From Candidatus Woesebacteria bacterium RIFCSPLOWO2_01_FULL_44_24b (GTDB taxonomy: Bacteria; Patescibacteriota; Microgenomatia; UBA8517): a stretch of DNA of 64,000 nucleotides. Shown piece by piece: positions 61,051 through 64,000 of this stretch (positions within the stretch are counted from its first letter, which is position 1; the number at the start of each line of letters is the position of its first letter). Location of the stretch: assembly GCA_001793235.1 (NCBI GenBank), contig MGHM01000004.1, forward strand, positions 34,467-98,466. The letters run 5' to 3'. Both the position numbers and the translations under genes were made by a program. The notes below the pieces were generated by a model. The model was not told where the DNA came from. It saw nothing but the letters and a program-made list of their open reading frames with translations, and made no database searches.

Positions 61051-61350
61051 TTATTTGATACTTACTACTTGAAGTCTCGTCAATTGTGCCCGGGAACCAA
61101 TATGTTTTCTATATCGGGATTTGGCTTTGTACTTGAAAACATGAATTTTCTCGCCTTTCTCGTCAGCCAATTTTTTAAGCGTTACTTTGACTCCTTTTAC
61201 CAAAGGCTCGCCAACTTTTACTTTTTCCTCGTCCCGAACCAAAAGAACCTCGGGCTCAAGCTTTGTGTCTCCCAATTTGTCCACCAAAATCTCTTCTTTC
61301 TCCGTAACTTTATACTGCGCACCCCTGATACGAATCACTGCGTACTTCAT
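61051..61350 (-). CDS. rplU: 50S ribosomal protein L21
   Basis: YAVI..GAQYKV, KGEKI.VFKYKAKSRYRK. Confidence 0.95.
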   Translation of the reverse strand: MKYAVIRIRGAQYKVTEKEEILVDKLGDTKLEPEVLLVRDEEKVKVGEPLVKGVKVTLKKLADEKGEKIHVFKYKAKSRYRKHIGSRAQLTRLQVVSIK

Positions 61351-61393
61351 AACAGATGTATTTTAGCCTGAATGTGGTTGAATTACAAGTCCA

Positions 61394-62455
61394 CTAACTC
61401 TCTCTCTTCACCTGAATCAACATTCCAAAAGTTGCCATTGTGGCTATAAGCGAGCTGCCGCCTGCGGAAACCAAAGGCAAAGGCTGGCCGGTAATGGGTA
61501 GTAGTCCCATATTCATACCAACATGGATCAGGACTTGAATAAACAAAGTGGTGAAAACCCCTGCTGCAAAGGCCCGGGCAACCGGGTTTATTGCGTTTTC
61601 CAAAATAATCACAATTCTATAAAGCACAAAGAATGTTAAAGCAATTACGAGCCCTGCCCCAACAAAGCCCAACTCCTCGGCAATACTAGCAAATATAAAG
61701 TCCGTATGCCGCTCCGGCAAAAAAGCAAGCTGGGTTTGAATTCCCTCGCCCAGTCCCCGTCCAGTGAACATACCCGAGCCTACTGCAATCATGGACTGAA
61801 TGCTGTTGTATCCTGCACCCGCGGGGTCTGCGACTGGCGAAATCAAGGCCATCACTCGGGCTTTTTGATATGGTGCCAAAATAAGCCATAAAAACGGGCT
61901 CACCGCGAGTATTGTGGCTCCAATAAATAGAAGCATCTTTTTGTTGTATTTTAAGGACAACCCGACACCGGCAAAACCAGCAATCGTCAGCGCGGCAACC
62001 CCTAGTGAGGGCTGAAGTAAAATTAACACTACGGGAAGCAGAAGAAGTACAAAAGCTTGGGCCAGAATTTTGACAGACAGCTCACGATCAACTAAAAAAT
62101 TGGCGAAAAAGAGGATTAAAAAAGGCCTGACAAGCTCTGTAGGCTGAATTGTAAAGTTGCCAATTTGAATCCAGCGGGTTGCTCCTCTGGTAACCTCTCC
62201 AATAATCAGTGGCAAAATGAGAAATATTATGCTTAGAAAGTAAACGTGTTTTGAAAAGAGGGACAAAATATCAAACTCAATTTGAGAAAATACAAGAAAG
62301 GCTAGAATGCCCAGAATGATGTATATAAAATAAGTTGGAAAAACCTCGGGAGCTATTGATCGGAGAGCCATAAGCCCCATAACTATGAGCCCTGCCATCC
62401 CCACAATTAGCGCGGGTTCCCGCTTAAAAACCGAGATAATCAAGGACTTGTTCAT
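61394..62455 (-). CDS. rodA: Rod shape-determining protein RodA (SEDS family)
   Basis: GATRWI..QPTE, GYNSIQS.IAVGSG, FLPERHTDFIF, PLPLVSAGGSS. Confidence 0.9.
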   Translation of the reverse strand: MNKSLIISVFKREPALIVGMAGLIVMGLMALRSIAPEVFPTYFIYIILGILAFLVFSQIEFDILSLFSKHVYFLSIIFLILPLIIGEVTRGATRWIQIGNFTIQPTELVRPFLILFFANFLVDRELSVKILAQAFVLLLLPVVLILLQPSLGVAALTIAGFAGVGLSLKYNKKMLLFIGATILAVSPFLWLILAPYQKARVMALISPVADPAGAGYNSIQSMIAVGSGMFTGRGLGEGIQTQLAFLPERHTDFIFASIAEELGFVGAGLVIALTFFVLYRIVIILENAINPVARAFAAGVFTTLFIQVLIHVGMNMGLLPITGQPLPLVSAGGSSLIATMATFGMLIQVKRES

Positions 62456-64000
62456 TTGGGGGTAACTTTGAATTCGCCTTGTGCGAGACTCACTATCAAG
62501 GCTTTTTTCTTGATTTCTCCTTCAAACTCTTTTGGCCACTGGGGAAGCACGACATCAATATTTTGATCAAGCCTTGTGCCCAAGCGCTTCCTTTCATCCT
62601 GGATTTGGCGGATAAGCTTCCGCGCCTCCCCTTCGGCTTTAAGTTCTGGAGTGATGTTTGTATCAAGCTCAACCTTCATCTCATCTCCACCCCTCACAAC
62701 TACTTCTTTAACGTTCACTTCGTCTTTAAAAAGTTCTCTCAGCCAACTATCAAGTTGCTTTATTCCATACACATCAGCCTTTGCTAGAGGTTGCCTTACT
62801 GGAATTTGCAGCGTCTTGCGCTCAGCATGAGCTTTCTCGACAAGAATAAGATAATCTTTCATACCAGAAATGAGTTGTGAGTCCTGGGCCTTTCTTAATG
62901 CTTTTGGCCAGTTTTCTAAATGCACGGATTCCTTTTCAGTCAAATTAGTAAACATGATGTCGCTTAGATAAGGAGTAAAGGGCGCCAACAAAAGAGATAT
63001 GTTAACTAAAACAACATAGGTTGTGTTGAAAAAGCCGTCATCTCTTCTTGTTCTTGACCTTCTTACATAAATATTTGAAAGGTCTTCTATAAAACTTTCT
63101 ATCGCCACTGTGGCCTTTTGAGTATCGTAAGAATCTAACGAACTAGTGACAATCCTGATTGTCTCTTGTAATCTGGCACTTATCCAATAATCTAACTTGC
63201 TCTTGCTTACTATTACATCTCCCTTGGGCTTCCAGCCACTTAGGCTGGCATAAGTTACAAAATAGTTATAGATATTCCAAAGCTTTAAATGAAACTGCCT
63301 GCGCGTTTCATCTGCCAGGCGATAACCAAAAAGCATGTTTTCAGAAGGATTAGCACGCGAGTACATCCAGCGCATGACATCAGCTCCCATTTTATCCGCC
63401 CCTTCGTTAAATTCTATTGAGTTGCCCCAAGACTTATGCATTGGCCTGCCATCCTCAGCTAAAAGTGTCGCAAACCCAAGCACGGTCTTGAAAGGATTAG
63501 TATTTTCCAAAACCGTACTCATTGCAACGAGTGAATAAAACCAGTTTTTAAATTGGCCCGGGAAGCTCTCGGTTATAAAATCCGCCGGGAACCACTTTTC
63601 CCACTCTTTTCGGTTTTTCAGATAAAGCGGCTCACCCTGGTTATTTTCCTCTATAGTTGAGAAAGGAACTATTCCAGCGTCCAGCCAAACATTACCAACG
63701 TCTGGAAGTCTCTCTACTTTTTCGCCGCATTTGGCGCACTTAATCTTGACTTCATCAATCCACGGCTTGTGCGGCGTGTGTCCCTCAAACTTTTCCCAGC
63801 CTTCTATTGCTTTTTCTTTCAACTCTTCCCGGCTCCCAATAACCTCGAAATTACCACATTTATTGCACTCATAAATTGGAAGAGCCAAGCCCCAATAGCG
63901 ATTGGGTTTACTTATAAGCCAATCGTGCATGTTATTGAGCCAGTCAAGTTCCCGCTCCAACCCAAACTCTGGAATCCACTTTATTTTTTTGACCACTGCC
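62452..64000 (-). CDS. ileS: Isoleucyl-tRNA synthetase, C-terminal part (starts beyond the window)
   Basis: DWLISK.NRYWG, WLDAG, PADFITE, PMHKSWGN (KMSKS equivalent), VRQPL, IleRS2-like C-terminus. Confidence 0.92.
   Translation of the reverse strand, partial: AVVKKIKWIPEFGLERELDWLNNMHDWLISKPNRYWGLALPIYECNKCGNFEVIGSREELKEKAIEGWEKFEGHTPHKPWIDEVKIKCAKCGEKVERLPDVGNVWLDAGIVPFSTIEENNQGEPLYLKNRKEWEKWFPADFITESFPGQFKNWFYSLVAMSTVLENTNPFKTVLGFATLLAEDGRPMHKSWGNSIEFNEGADKMGADVMRWMYSRANPSENMLFGYRLADETRRQFHLKLWNIYNYFVTYASLSGWKPKGDVIVSKSKLDYWISARLQETIRIVTSSLDSYDTQKATVAIESFIEDLSNIYVRRSRTRRDDGFFNTTYVVLVNISLLLAPFTPYLSDIMFTNLTEKESVHLENWPKALRKAQDSQLISGMKDYLILVEKAHAERKTLQIPVRQPLAKADVYGIKQLDSWLRELFKDEVNVKEVVVRGGDEMKVELDTNITPELKAEGEARKLIRQIQDERKRLGTRLDQNIDVVLPQWPKEFEGEIKKKALIVSLAQGEFKVTPK

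Noticed and set aside
63420-63460. PMHKS instead of KMSKS in IleRS as a sign of inactivation
   Set aside because: The second Lys and surrounding motifs are intact; best read as a tolerated variant.

Overview
This 64-kb window is compact bacterial chromosome using the standard genetic code (TGA is a stop). Gene content and style point to a Patescibacteria/CPR organism, probably Microgenomates (inference). Housekeeping content: 3' end of pyrD; an F1Fo ATP synthase operon without atpH; secG; uvrA/B/C and lexA; a glycolysis/gluconeogenesis cluster (gpmI, eno, ppsA, PGI/PMI, PMM); holA, ruvC, rplS, dnaE, gatCAB, def, htpX/lemA, polX-PHP; a surface-glycan cluster; lepB, parB, rpmA/rplU, rodA; part of ileS; and five tRNAs (His, Asp, Gly, Thr, Val). 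I saw no CRISPR array, integrase, transposase or prophage. The most notable signals are as follows. (1) An orphan DUF1699/sigma-region-4-like gene sits at the 3' end of uvrB, flanked by two synonymously recoded copies of the last 15 uvrB codons. (2) An AT-rich two-gene island pairs a JAB-less RadC N-terminal HhH protein with an 866-aa methyltransferase-nuclease fusion. (3) atpE (ACG) and a LysM gene (ATT) appear to use near-cognate start codons behind hairpin plus strong SD leaders, while many other genes look leaderless. (4) Four of the five tRNA genes have duplicated ends or small hairpin insertions, including a 48-bp hairpin with a 4-bp duplication next to a GIY-YIG gene. (5) A 19-bp candidate LexA operator is shared by the uvrA and uvrB/lexA promoters. 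(6) Short tandem-repeat and palindrome insertions occur inside essential genes. All protein family calls come from motif recognition by eye; no searches were run.
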